From Gemmatimonadaceae bacterium (GTDB lineage Bacteria > Gemmatimonadota > Gemmatimonadetes > Gemmatimonadales > Gemmatimonadaceae): a stretch of 28,988 nucleotides of DNA. Each line of letters begins with the position of its first letter. The stretch's first letter is position 1. The translations under genes were made by a program, and so were the position numbers. The stretch spans positions 1 to 28,988 of the forward strand of contig JBGAJQ010000064.1 in NCBI GenBank assembly GCA_044224875.1. The letters are read 5' to 3'. Shown here one piece after another: positions 8,785 to 17,355 of this stretch. The notes under the pieces were generated by a model. It worked only from the letters and a program-made list of their open reading frames with translations. It was not told where the DNA came from and ran no database searches.

Positions 8785-8933
8785 TCCTGGCGTCCCAGAG
8801 TCGTCTCCATTGGGCGCCTCCCAACTAGTAGAGGGACGTGCGGCCACAAATTCGCAGCATGGTCGCCCCATGCTGGCGGTTGCAAAGTGGCGCCGACCTT
8901 TCACATTCCCCTCAACAGGATCAGGAGCTGAGG

Positions 8934-10496
8934 TTGGCAACGCGAACATTTCCCGACCGTGACCTGGCAACGCCCGGCGCCGACTCCACCAGCGTCGCCA
9001 TTGTGCCCCATTTCTTCCGCGCGACTCGGCTAACGGCGAACGACAGTCGTTTCGGGGCTGTCTACAACCCCTCCACTGGGGCCCTGGCCCGTCGCGTTCC
9101 GCTGGCCTCCCGCGCCACCGTGGAAGCCGTCATCGACGACGCTGAACGTGCGTTCGTCGAGTGGGGCACATCGTCGCCGCTGAGGCGCGCCCGCGTCATG
9201 TTCCGATTCCGCGAGCTCATCGAACAACACATGGATGAGCTGGCGGGCATCATCAGCGACGAACATGGCAAGGTGTTCGCGGACGCCAAGGGTGAGGTGC
9301 AACGCGGCCTGGAGGTCGTGGAATTCGCCTGCGGAATCCCGCACCTGATGAAGGGAGAGTTTTCGGACGGCGTGTCGAAGGGGATCGACATGTACTCGCT
9401 GCGGCAGCCTCTCGGCGTCGTGGCGGGGATCACGCCCTTCAACTTTCCGGCCATGGTGCCGATGTGGATGTTCGCTCCAGCGCTGGCGTGCGGGAACGCC
9501 TTCGTGCTCAAGCCGTCGGAGAAGGACCCCAGTTGCCCCGTGCGAGTCGCCGAGTTGTTTGTTGAAGCTGGCGGGCCACCGGGGGTGTTCAACGTGGTGC
9601 ACGGCGACAAGGAGGCCGTCGACACGCTACTCACCGATCCGCGCATCCAGGCAGTGAGCTTTGTCGGGTCCACACCGATCGCGCGCTACGTGTATTCGAC
9701 GGCTGCGGCACACGGCAAGCGTGTGCAATCCATGGGCGGCGCCAAGAATCACCTCGTGGTGATGCCAGACGCCGACATGGACCAGGTCACCGACGCGCTG
9801 ATGGGCGCCGCGTACGGTTCGGCTGGCGAGCGGTGCATGGCCATTTCGGTAGCCGTTGCAGTTGGTGAGTCGACCGCGAACGACCTCGTCCAGCGCCTGG
9901 CGACCCGCGTGCGTGCGCTCAAGGTCGGTCCATCGCGGAATACAGGCATGGAGATGGGCCCGCTCGTGACCGCCGAGCATCGGGCGAAGGTGGCCGGGTA
10001 CCTCGAGGTCGGTGAGAAGGAGGGCGCGCAGCTGGTGGTCGACGGCCGCAAGCAGGCGATCGATGGAGCTGGCGATGGATTCTTCCTTGGCGGGTCACTG
10101 TTCGACCGGGTGACGCCGGCCATGCGCATCTATAAGGAAGAGATCTTTGGCCCCGTGCTGTGCGTGGTGCGCGCCGCCGACTTCGAGGAGGCGTTAGGCC
10201 TGGCGAATGACCATGAGTTCGGGAACGGGGTGGCGATCTTCACCCGCGACGGCGACTCCGCGCGCGACTTCGTGAACCGGGTGCAGGTGGGGATGGTTGG
10301 TGTGAACGTGCCGATTCCTGTGCCGCTGGCGTTCTACTCGTTTGGTGGTTGGAAGGCGTCAGCGTTTGGGGACCAGAACCAGCACGGGATGGACGGCGTG
10401 CGTTTCTTCACCCGTCTCAAGACGGTGACGAGTCGGTGGCCGGCGGGGATTCGATCGGGGAGCGAGTTCGTAATGCCGACGCATGGGGGGAGGTGA
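8934..10496 (+). CDS. mmsA: CoA-acylating methylmalonate/malonate-semialdehyde dehydrogenase
   Basis: GITPFNFPAMVPMW, LKPSEKDP, SFVGSTPI, MGGAKNH, AGERCMA (catalytic Cys), EEIFGPV, GMVGVNVPIPVP. Start uncertain; in-frame TTG 8934 follows AGGAG by 6 nt. Confidence 0.95.
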   Translation: MATRTFPDRDLATPGADSTSVAIVPHFFRATRLTANDSRFGAVYNPSTGALARRVPLASRATVEAVIDDAERAFVEWGTSSPLRRARVMFRFRELIEQHMDELAGIISDEHGKVFADAKGEVQRGLEVVEFACGIPHLMKGEFSDGVSKGIDMYSLRQPLGVVAGITPFNFPAMVPMWMFAPALACGNAFVLKPSEKDPSCPVRVAELFVEAGGPPGVFNVVHGDKEAVDTLLTDPRIQAVSFVGSTPIARYVYSTAAAHGKRVQSMGGAKNHLVVMPDADMDQVTDALMGAAYGSAGERCMAISVAVAVGESTANDLVQRLATRVRALKVGPSRNTGMEMGPLVTAEHRAKVAGYLEVGEKEGAQLVVDGRKQAIDGAGDGFFLGGSLFDRVTPAMRIYKEEIFGPVLCVVRAADFEEALGLANDHEFGNGVAIFTRDGDSARDFVNRVQVGMVGVNVPIPVPLAFYSFGGWKASAFGDQNQHGMDGVRFFTRLKTVTSRWPAGIRSGSEFVMPTHGGR

Positions 10497-10549
10497 GGAT
10501 TCTTCTCGGGTGGCACTGCAGGTTCACGGTCCTTTGAGCGGAGTTCCCA

Positions 10550-10990
10550 ATGAACATGCTGCACGACGACGCCTTCCGCGCCTCGATCAACACACGGTTG
10601 AACAGCCTTCGCCAAGACTCTCGCGCGCAATGGGGCAAGATGTCTCCCGACCAGATGCTCTGGCATGTCAACCAGTTTCTCGCGGGTGCGCTTGGGGAAG
10701 GTTCGATGGCGCCGACGAAGATGCCTTTGCCGCTGCCGATCATGCGCTTCATGCTGCTCTACTTGCCATGGCCCAAGTCGGCGCCGACCAACCCGAGCGC
10801 TCTCGCTCGGGACCACTACGACTTTGAGGCCGAGCGGACACGGTGCCGAGAGTTGATTTCGCGCTTTGCCAGAAAGCCGCTCACGGAGCCGTGGCCGGTC
10901 GACCCAAACTGGGGTGCAGCTGGCGGCGCGTTTGCGAGCAAGCTGCAGGCGCGCCACTTGGATCACCATCTGCGGCAGTTTGGCGCCTAG
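10550..10990 (+). CDS. DinB-like / DUF1569 family protein
   Basis: QWGKMSPDQMLWH ... HLDHHLRQFG metal-binding His pattern; RBS GGAG. Confidence 0.88.
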   Translation: MNMLHDDAFRASINTRLNSLRQDSRAQWGKMSPDQMLWHVNQFLAGALGEGSMAPTKMPLPLPIMRFMLLYLPWPKSAPTNPSALARDHYDFEAERTRCRELISRFARKPLTEPWPVDPNWGAAGGAFASKLQARHLDHHLRQFGA

Positions 10991-11009
10991 GCCGAACCAC
11001 GCGGCCGAG

Positions 11010-12188
11010 TCAGTGCCCGGTGCCAATCCGGTTGTACTTTCTCAGCGCGGCCTGCAGCCGATCGTGAGGGAGCGCGAAGTACTTGTTGTCGTTCATCCCC
11101 TCCATGTCACGCGCCGCCACCAGGGCGTTCACGATCGCCTCTTCAGTGGCTTGCACCGTCGCTTCGAAAATGGGATCGAGCTTCCATTTCGGGATGACAC
11201 TCCAGCTCTCCTTGGAGCCCTTCGTGTCATAGGTTGGCGAAGCGGTTGAAATAGCGACGAAGATCTCGCCCGAGCCGTTATGGGAGGTGCTTCCCGTGCG
11301 AGCCACCCCGTGCCCCACGCGCCTGGCCACGAGTTTGAGCTGACTGGGGAGCAGTGGCGCATCGGTGACCACCACGCCGATCATCGATCCGTCCTTCTTC
11401 TTGGGATCGTGGAGCACCGGCAGATGGTCTGGGATCTCGGTTCCTACAGGAACGCCAGCAATGGTGAGTTCCCGTCGCGACCCGAAGTTCGCTTGCACGA
11501 ACACGCCGACCGTGTACGTCACCGAATCGATGACGATGCGGCGTGAGGATGTTCCGCTCCCGCCCTTGAATCCGTACAGCATCATTCCCGTCCCGCCGCC
11601 GACGTTCCCCTCGGAGATGGCGCCACCATGCGCCTCATCGAGCGCGTGCCACACATCCTCCTTTGTCACATGGAAGGCGTAGGTATCGTTCAGGATACCG
11701 TCCCACGTTTCGCCCACGATCGGCAGCCCAAACGAATAGTCAACCAGCTCCCCAGTCGCGAAGTGCTTGAAGTTCCACTCGCCGACGGCATCACGCACCA
11801 CACCAACGCTGTTGGTGTTGGTGATCCCGACACCCCCGGCCCCCATGCCGAAGTCTTCAACCGATGGGATCCCGGTCAACTCACCGTCGCCATTCAGCGA
11901 GAAATACGCCGCCGGGTACGAGGCAGCCGTCTTTCCCTTCGGCAGAATGACCGTGACACCCGTGCGTGCGGCGCCCTTACCCGCAGGGTGAACGCCGCCA
12001 CCTCGAATGATGGTGGTATATCCGACCTGCACGCCGGGCACATCGGTGATGGCGTTGAAGCTCCCGGGAGTGCCGGCGAAGGGTACGCCGAGGTCACGCG
12101 CACGCTCGGTCACGGCACCTTGTGCCGTGCCGACCCGCGGAACGTAAAGTGCGAGTGCCGCGCCGAGCCAAAAAGTCGAGCGGTTCAT
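11010..12188 (-). CDS. P1/S58 family (DmpA/BapA-like) self-processing aminopeptidase, secreted
   Basis: NAITDVPGVQVG, ARTGVTVILP, NGDGELTG, ETWDG, GNVGGGTGM, FKGGSGTSSR, QANFG, DG/S autocleavage site, TDAPL, ATEEAIVNAL. Signal peptide from ATG 12188. Confidence 0.92.
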   Translation of the reverse strand: MNRSTFWLGAALALYVPRVGTAQGAVTERARDLGVPFAGTPGSFNAITDVPGVQVGYTTIIRGGGVHPAGKGAARTGVTVILPKGKTAASYPAAYFSLNGDGELTGIPSVEDFGMGAGGVGITNTNSVGVVRDAVGEWNFKHFATGELVDYSFGLPIVGETWDGILNDTYAFHVTKEDVWHALDEAHGGAISEGNVGGGTGMMLYGFKGGSGTSSRRIVIDSVTYTVGVFVQANFGSRRELTIAGVPVGTEIPDHLPVLHDPKKKDGSMIGVVVTDAPLLPSQLKLVARRVGHGVARTGSTSHNGSGEIFVAISTASPTYDTKGSKESWSVIPKWKLDPIFEATVQATEEAIVNALVAARDMEGMNDNKYFALPHDRLQAALRKYNRIGTGH

Positions 12189-12517
12189 CCTGAATAACAC
12201 GAAGTAAGGGTACAGAGGTTTTCGGGCGTAGACGTTGAGTCCGCCAGCAAGCGCTTCGGTCGAAGCTACCGCGCCACTGTTGACGTCGTAAGGCGCGCTT
12301 GGAGAACCCGGCGGAAGCACTACTGTCGGCGCCATTGGTGGAGAAGGAGCTGCTGGCGGTGACGCCACTTCAGCAGGGCCAATCTCGCGGCGACAAACCG
12401 CGCCGCAGGCAGCGACCTCGAGCGTTCGATCGTGATTCGCGCCGTTGCACTTCCCTGCCGACACCACAATGTTCACGTGCCGGGCCGAGTGCGACCAGCG
12501 CCGCTTAGGGGAGAACC

Positions 12518-12931
12518 ATGCCAGACGACACACAAACCCGCGAAGACGACCTTCGCCAATTGCTCACCGACGCAATCGAGGTGCAGCTGGCGGCGCTCAA
12601 AGCGGGGATCAGTTTCTGGACGGACTGGATTCAGCAAACGTCGGACTTCGTGCAGTCCGCCACCAAGACGCTGGCCAACATCAACTCCACCGACCAGGGC
12701 ACCAAGGATTCGCTCCTCGAGCTGGTGGACGCAGGACGTGCCAGCCTGCGCGCATTCACCGAGCTTCCGCGAACAACGGCCACACGATTCATCGACGAAC
12801 TCGACAAACTGCACGCGCAAGACAACTCGTCGGCGCCGTCGCAGAGCTCCGCCAAGCAGAAGTCGAGCGCCGCTTCGTCACCGAAGAAGGCGAACGGCCG
12901 TCCACGCCGCGCCGGTCGCGCCAAAGTCTGA
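12518..12931 (+). CDS. Hypothetical protein, amphipathic helical with Ser-rich linker and basic tail
   Basis: RBS GGGGAG, strong GC3 bias, 14 nt before the prenyl synthase gene. Confidence 0.85.
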   Translation: MPDDTQTREDDLRQLLTDAIEVQLAALKAGISFWTDWIQQTSDFVQSATKTLANINSTDQGTKDSLLELVDAGRASLRAFTELPRTTATRFIDELDKLHAQDNSSAPSQSSAKQKSSAASSPKKANGRPRRAGRAKV

Positions 12932-12945
12932 ACTGATCGGCACCA

Positions 12946-13884
12946 GTGGCTACGATTGCCTCTGAAGACGCGGCGCCCTCTGGCCTCGTCATGGCCGAGG
13001 GCTTCGCGCAGGAGCTCGAACAACTCAAGGCATTCCTGGCCGAGTGGACGGCCGCCGCGAGCGACGAAGTCAAGCCACTTCTGCATTGGCAGTTTCTGGG
13101 GCGCTCGAAGTATTTCCGGCCCGTGACGGTCTTCGCCTGTCACGCGGCCATGAACGACACGCCGATCGGCGAACCGCAAATTCGTGTCGCCGCGGCCATC
13201 GAGATGGTGCACAACGTCTCACTGATCGTCGACGACATTCTGGATCGCTCTCGCTTTCGACGCGGCATTCTTACCATGCATTGCCGGTTCGGCCTGCTAC
13301 CCGCCCTCATGACATCGGGATACATCACGGCCGATTCGTTTGAGCTGGTGAAGCGCAGTCCGTTCAACACCGATCGCATCGCCGAACTCTACAAGCGCCT
13401 TGCCGCGGCAGAGAACCTGCAATGGCGGTTGCGTCGTCACCCACTCGGCGTCGAGGACTGGCGCATCATTGCCGGCGAAGACACGGGCAGCATGTTCGAG
13501 GCAGCAGCGTGTTTGGGCACTGGCGACGAGAAGTTGCGCCGCTTTGGGGCGCTGCTCGGCATGCTCTACCACGGCTGCGACGATGTGGGTGACGTGAAGG
13601 GGGCGGTGGCGCTCGGCGGCGGCGGTGAAGAGGACCTGCGCGACGGGATTCTCACCTTGCCCACGGCTATCGCCATTCGCGATCCCGAAACGGCCCTCCT
13701 GTTTCGGAACCCGACGCCCGAGGGGCTCCAAACGCTGCTCAAGAAGCTCGAGGAAGCGCTGCCAACCGCTGAGCGCTACCTCGACTCAATCGCCGCGGAG
13801 GCGGAGTCGGAGGCGCAACGCGTCGCGCCGTTTCCCGACGGACTCATCAAGCTGGTACGTAACACGAGGCGACTGTCCGCGTAG
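12946..13884 (+). CDS. Polyprenyl synthetase (trans-isoprenyl diphosphate synthase) family protein, atypical
   Basis: SKYFRP, EMVHNVSLIVDDILDRSRFRRG (first Asp-rich motif), DDVGD (second motif), DLRDGILTLP. Start GTG 12946 or ATG 12991. Confidence 0.9.
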   Translation: MATIASEDAAPSGLVMAEGFAQELEQLKAFLAEWTAAASDEVKPLLHWQFLGRSKYFRPVTVFACHAAMNDTPIGEPQIRVAAAIEMVHNVSLIVDDILDRSRFRRGILTMHCRFGLLPALMTSGYITADSFELVKRSPFNTDRIAELYKRLAAAENLQWRLRRHPLGVEDWRIIAGEDTGSMFEAAACLGTGDEKLRRFGALLGMLYHGCDDVGDVKGAVALGGGGEEDLRDGILTLPTAIAIRDPETALLFRNPTPEGLQTLLKKLEEALPTAERYLDSIAAEAESEAQRVAPFPDGLIKLVRNTRRLSA

Positions 13885-13947
13885 GCTGCAACCCTCATTC
13901 ACACGCGGCATTGCGCCCTAGAGCAGCGCCTCCGCACCTCATATGAA

Positions 13948-14003
13948 TAGCGGGGACAACCGCTACGTCGTGGACGTTGTCGTTCTTGCCGGGTAGCGGT
14001 TGT
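13948..14003. terminator. Stem-loop between convergent genes
   Basis: ACAACCGCTAC (13956-13966) and GTAGCGGTTGT (13993-14003) form a perfect 11-bp inverted repeat; no U-tract. Confidence 0.45.
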
Positions 14004-14006
14004 AGC

Positions 14007-15572
14007 TCACGGCGCGGTCGATACATGCGCACGGTGACGTGCCGATGGCGCCATGCGGAGATGAGCCAGCCCCTTGGCGCGTGGATCGCGGAGGCGAATG
14101 GTGCCCGCAAGCCCGAACCACTTCCGCATCACGTCAGATGTCCAGTCGACGTGCCACTTGGGGTCCTCCGCCAATGAGCTCCACCACGCGGTGGACCACC
14201 GGCCCATATCCATGATGGTCGACGCTGGCGAGAAGCGTCCAGACGCGATCTCCGTCGCCAGACGCGTCCCTTCCGTCGTTAGGTGGCCGAGCGACTTGGC
14301 CCACATGCGGCTGACGATGTCGAACGGACGCACGTCGAGCCCGCCGAAGGCCGCGCCGCTCAGGCGCGCGAAGGTCGGATCCCGCATCGCCATCTCGCAA
14401 CCGCGCGCCACGACGCCGAGCCAGAACTCGCCGAAGTGCTTGTTCCGCATGATGCAGGCGACGAAATCGAGGTAGCGCATCGCGGGGTCGAAGTACGCGC
14501 GCGTCGCGCGATCGTAGGCCGCGAGCGCCGAGCGGTCAGTCACGCCGCGGTCGAGTGCGCCGGCGATGACGTCGGCGCCGATGAGCGCGGACTCGGCGGC
14601 GGGCGTGATTCCCTCGCCCGTCATGGGGTCTACGAACGATCCGGCATCGCCAATGAGGATGCCGCCGTCGAAGTAGTTCGGTCCGCGCCCGCCGTAGGTC
14701 TTCACAATGCCGCCGATCGGCTTGGACGCCAGGCGAATGCGAGCGCAGCCAGGATGCAGGCGCTGCAACTTCCCGAGGAACGTCGCGAACAGCTTCGGCA
14801 CGCTGATCTTGTAGCGATCGCATGTCTCCGCGAGCACTCCGACGCCGACATTCGCACGGCCGCCCTTCATCGGAAACATCCAGCCGTAGCCGGGGAACAG
14901 GTCGCGATCGAAGACGAAGGCTGCTTCCCCGTTCGCCAACTCGACACCATCTACATACGCGCGCTGTGACAGCGCCATGTAGCGGCGGTCTTCGACGAGC
15001 AGGTCAACCGATCGTGCCACCACTGAATGCGTTCCGTCAGCACCAATTACTATGGGTGCGCTGGCGGTCAGCTCAACATCTCGTGTGACGTCCTTGTAGT
15101 GCACGACCATCGTGCCGTCGACGCGCTCGACCCCCGATACGCCGCACCCTTGCCGTACTTCGGCTCCAGCCTCGCCCGCTGACTCGAGCACTCGCTCATC
15201 GAGTTCCGACCGTGGGATGATGTAGCCATGTTGCGGAAGGTCCGTTTGACCAGCGTAAAACGGAATGTGCTCGCGATACGCGCTCCTCGCCCCGAGGAAC
15301 AGGTTGACGTGTGTGATGGCCAGCGGACTCGATGCCTCGAGTCGTGACAGGCACCCCATCGTCTGGAAAATGCGCAGTCCACGCGGCTCTACGAAGTCAC
15401 CGCAGACCTTCTCGCGTGGGAATCGGGCGCGATCGAGCAGGAGCACTTGGAGGCCGCGCGTCGCCAAGGACCACCCCATGGTTGCGCCTGCCGGACCACC
15501 ACCGACGACGATGGCGTCGTATGCGTTACGCGGTGCCTTGGCCCGGCGCGTACCTCCGTTCCGCGCACTCAC
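14007..15572 (-). CDS. Geranylgeranyl reductase/MenJ-like FAD-dependent oxidoreductase with C-terminal extension
   Basis: IVVGGGPAG, FPREKVCGD, IGADG, PGYGWMFP, NVGVG, LIGDAGSFVDPMTGEGI. Start GTG 15572 overlaps the upstream stop (GTGA). Confidence 0.9.
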   Translation of the reverse strand: MSARNGGTRRAKAPRNAYDAIVVGGGPAGATMGWSLATRGLQVLLLDRARFPREKVCGDFVEPRGLRIFQTMGCLSRLEASSPLAITHVNLFLGARSAYREHIPFYAGQTDLPQHGYIIPRSELDERVLESAGEAGAEVRQGCGVSGVERVDGTMVVHYKDVTRDVELTASAPIVIGADGTHSVVARSVDLLVEDRRYMALSQRAYVDGVELANGEAAFVFDRDLFPGYGWMFPMKGGRANVGVGVLAETCDRYKISVPKLFATFLGKLQRLHPGCARIRLASKPIGGIVKTYGGRGPNYFDGGILIGDAGSFVDPMTGEGITPAAESALIGADVIAGALDRGVTDRSALAAYDRATRAYFDPAMRYLDFVACIMRNKHFGEFWLGVVARGCEMAMRDPTFARLSGAAFGGLDVRPFDIVSRMWAKSLGHLTTEGTRLATEIASGRFSPASTIMDMGRWSTAWWSSLAEDPKWHVDWTSDVMRKWFGLAGTIRLRDPRAKGLAHLRMAPSARHRAHVSTAP

Positions 15573-15922
15573 GCGCGTTCGAGCAGGAAATCGCACTTCA
15601 CCCACGGCAGCCCGGCGGGATTCTGCGAGAGCTTTGCCAACGTGAGACGGTACGACTCCCCTTCAACATCAAAGCTCACCGCGTCGCCCAGGTGAACTTC
15701 GCCGTGCCATTGGTCCGCCAGAACGGGCGACGGCTTGGACGAGAGTACGACGCCATCAGCGCGCTTGACGGGGCTTCCCGGTCGCGACGTGCGTGCAACC
15801 TCAACCGTGACGAAGTCCTGCGATCGAGGCGTTCGCACGGCAACGACGAGGTCGCCTAACACGGCGTACGGCTCGGACTCCGGCGAGTCAACGATCGTCG
15901 CATTCCAGTACGAAGAGGACAT
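15569..15922 (-). CDS. Hypothetical protein (117 aa), beta-strand rich
   Basis: RBS GAGGAG; translationally coupled to the reductase. Confidence 0.75.
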   Translation of the reverse strand: MSSSYWNATIVDSPESEPYAVLGDLVVAVRTPRSQDFVTVEVARTSRPGSPVKRADGVVLSSKPSPVLADQWHGEVHLGDAVSFDVEGESYRLTLAKLSQNPAGLPWVKCDFLLERA

Positions 15923-16198
15923 CGAGACTCCTCGCGTGAAGCGTGGGCCTTCGTGCCTACTCTGTGTCTCGCTCGCGCACCGCGCAAGAGGTGTTGCAGC
16001 CTGTGAGCGCTTTACTGATCACGTGTTGCCTCGAGCCAGCGATGTCATCCATTCATGCGGTTGCCTAACACGCTCGCCACGCATGCGCTCGGCCGCACAC
16101 TCGCACTTCGACCACGCCGAACACAACCGTACAGCTCAGCTTGACGACTCCGATGGCTCGCGCGAGTATGAGGTCAAACGAGATGCACGGAGAGACGC

Positions 16199-16630
16199 AT
16201 GGCGTACACCGTCAACGTCAACAGCATGCCCAGCGTGGACGTGGCGGATCTCCCCACGGTCGACGTGAACGTGCTCGGACTTCCCAGCGTCGATGTGAAT
16301 TCGCTGCCGGACATGCGCATCACGGACATTGGTCCCGTGGGCCCAGTCACCCTCGCCGGCATACCGAGCGACTACACCGTCGGCATCACCAGCCTGCCCG
16401 ACGTGAACCTGCGTATTCGCGAGATTCCATCGTTCCGCGCCCACATCCCAGCCAACTTCAAGCTCGGCCTCTCCGTGCTTGGCGTCGAGCTGGCCGCGTT
16501 GCACCTGTGTGGCGAAGCGCAGATCATCACCGAACCGTTCGTGCCAAACCCCTGCGAGCGGTGCGACACGCCCCAGCGCATTCCGTCGGACACCCAGGTT
16601 GGAGCGTTCCTGCGGTTCACGAACAAATGA
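16199..16630 (+). CDS. Hypothetical protein with N-terminal V-x-V-x-x-LP repeats and C-terminal CxxC
   Basis: RBS GGAG; first of four overlapping genes; strong GC3 bias. Confidence 0.88.
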   Translation: MAYTVNVNSMPSVDVADLPTVDVNVLGLPSVDVNSLPDMRITDIGPVGPVTLAGIPSDYTVGITSLPDVNLRIREIPSFRAHIPANFKLGLSVLGVELAALHLCGEAQIITEPFVPNPCERCDTPQRIPSDTQVGAFLRFTNK

Positions 16631-17355
16631 GCACGGCGACGCAGAACGACATCGTTCTGTTTGGCCCACCGCGCCACGTCACTGGGCGAGTGCCGGTGGT
16701 CCTTTCGCGGAGCGTGCTCGTGCTGGCGTCGATCACAGTCGGTCGGGAAACGACGGTATTTCGTGCGACCCTGCGCCCGACCACCGCGACCAGCGCTGAG
16801 CTGCGGTTGAAACTGCCGGCAGAGACTCCTCCCGGTACCTATGTCGGCGAGGCGACCCTCGATGGCGAGACCCGACGTCTGCAGGTCCGTGTCGAGCCCG
16901 TGCCGAAGGTCAGCGTGCAGCCGAGGCAGTCCAGCATCTCCGCGGCCGGCGCGGGGCAGGTCGAGTTCGAGTTCGTCATCATGAACGAGGGAAACGTCCC
17001 CTTCACCGTGCCGTCTGCCGACACCTTCGATCTTGACGATGGAGTCGCGCAGGAGAAGGCGCTCGGGCGTTCACTGCGCGCGCCGCTCAATGCGGGCGGG
17101 CGGGGCGTGGACGCATACTTCGACCAGTTGCGCGACGCGCACGGGGGTGAAGCGCGCGTGCGGGTGCTGAAGGGTGCTGGCGTGCTCGCGCCGGGTGAAC
17201 AACGTCAGCTCCGCTGCGCGCTCGACATTCCCGCGGCCGTGCAGCGCGGGCGCACCTACATTGGCGCGTGGCAGCTGGCTAATACCGCGCACATCGTCGC
17301 CGCCGACATCAGTGCGGCGTCGCGTCCCGCCACCGACAAGGCAGAATCGCAATGA
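16627..17355 (+). CDS. Hypothetical protein with Ig-like beta-sandwich domains (COG1470/CARDB-like)
   Basis: Start ATG 16627 (ATGA overlap); LPAETPPGTY, IMNEGNVP and LAPGEQRQL motifs. Confidence 0.85.
   Translation: MSTATQNDIVLFGPPRHVTGRVPVVLSRSVLVLASITVGRETTVFRATLRPTTATSAELRLKLPAETPPGTYVGEATLDGETRRLQVRVEPVPKVSVQPRQSSISAAGAGQVEFEFVIMNEGNVPFTVPSADTFDLDDGVAQEKALGRSLRAPLNAGGRGVDAYFDQLRDAHGGEARVRVLKGAGVLAPGEQRQLRCALDIPAAVQRGRTYIGAWQLANTAHIVAADISAASRPATDKAESQ

Noticed and set aside
8870..8905. Sigma54 promoter before mmsA
   Set aside because: TGGC is present, but there is no TTGC at the required -12 spacing.
12189..12533. N-terminal extension of the DmpA-like ORF (similar over-extensions on sigma, S8, MeaB and Kal ORFs)
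   Set aside because: Signal peptide, RBS or stop-start overlaps point to downstream starts.
16205..16310. CRISPR-like or tandem DNA repeat
   Set aside because: The repetition is degenerate and at protein level; there are no identical repeats with spacers.
16141..16626. N-terminal 162 aa of the 404-aa ORF
   Set aside because: Arg/His-rich off-frame read-through overlapping the real 16199-16630 gene; the true start is the coupled ATG at 16627.
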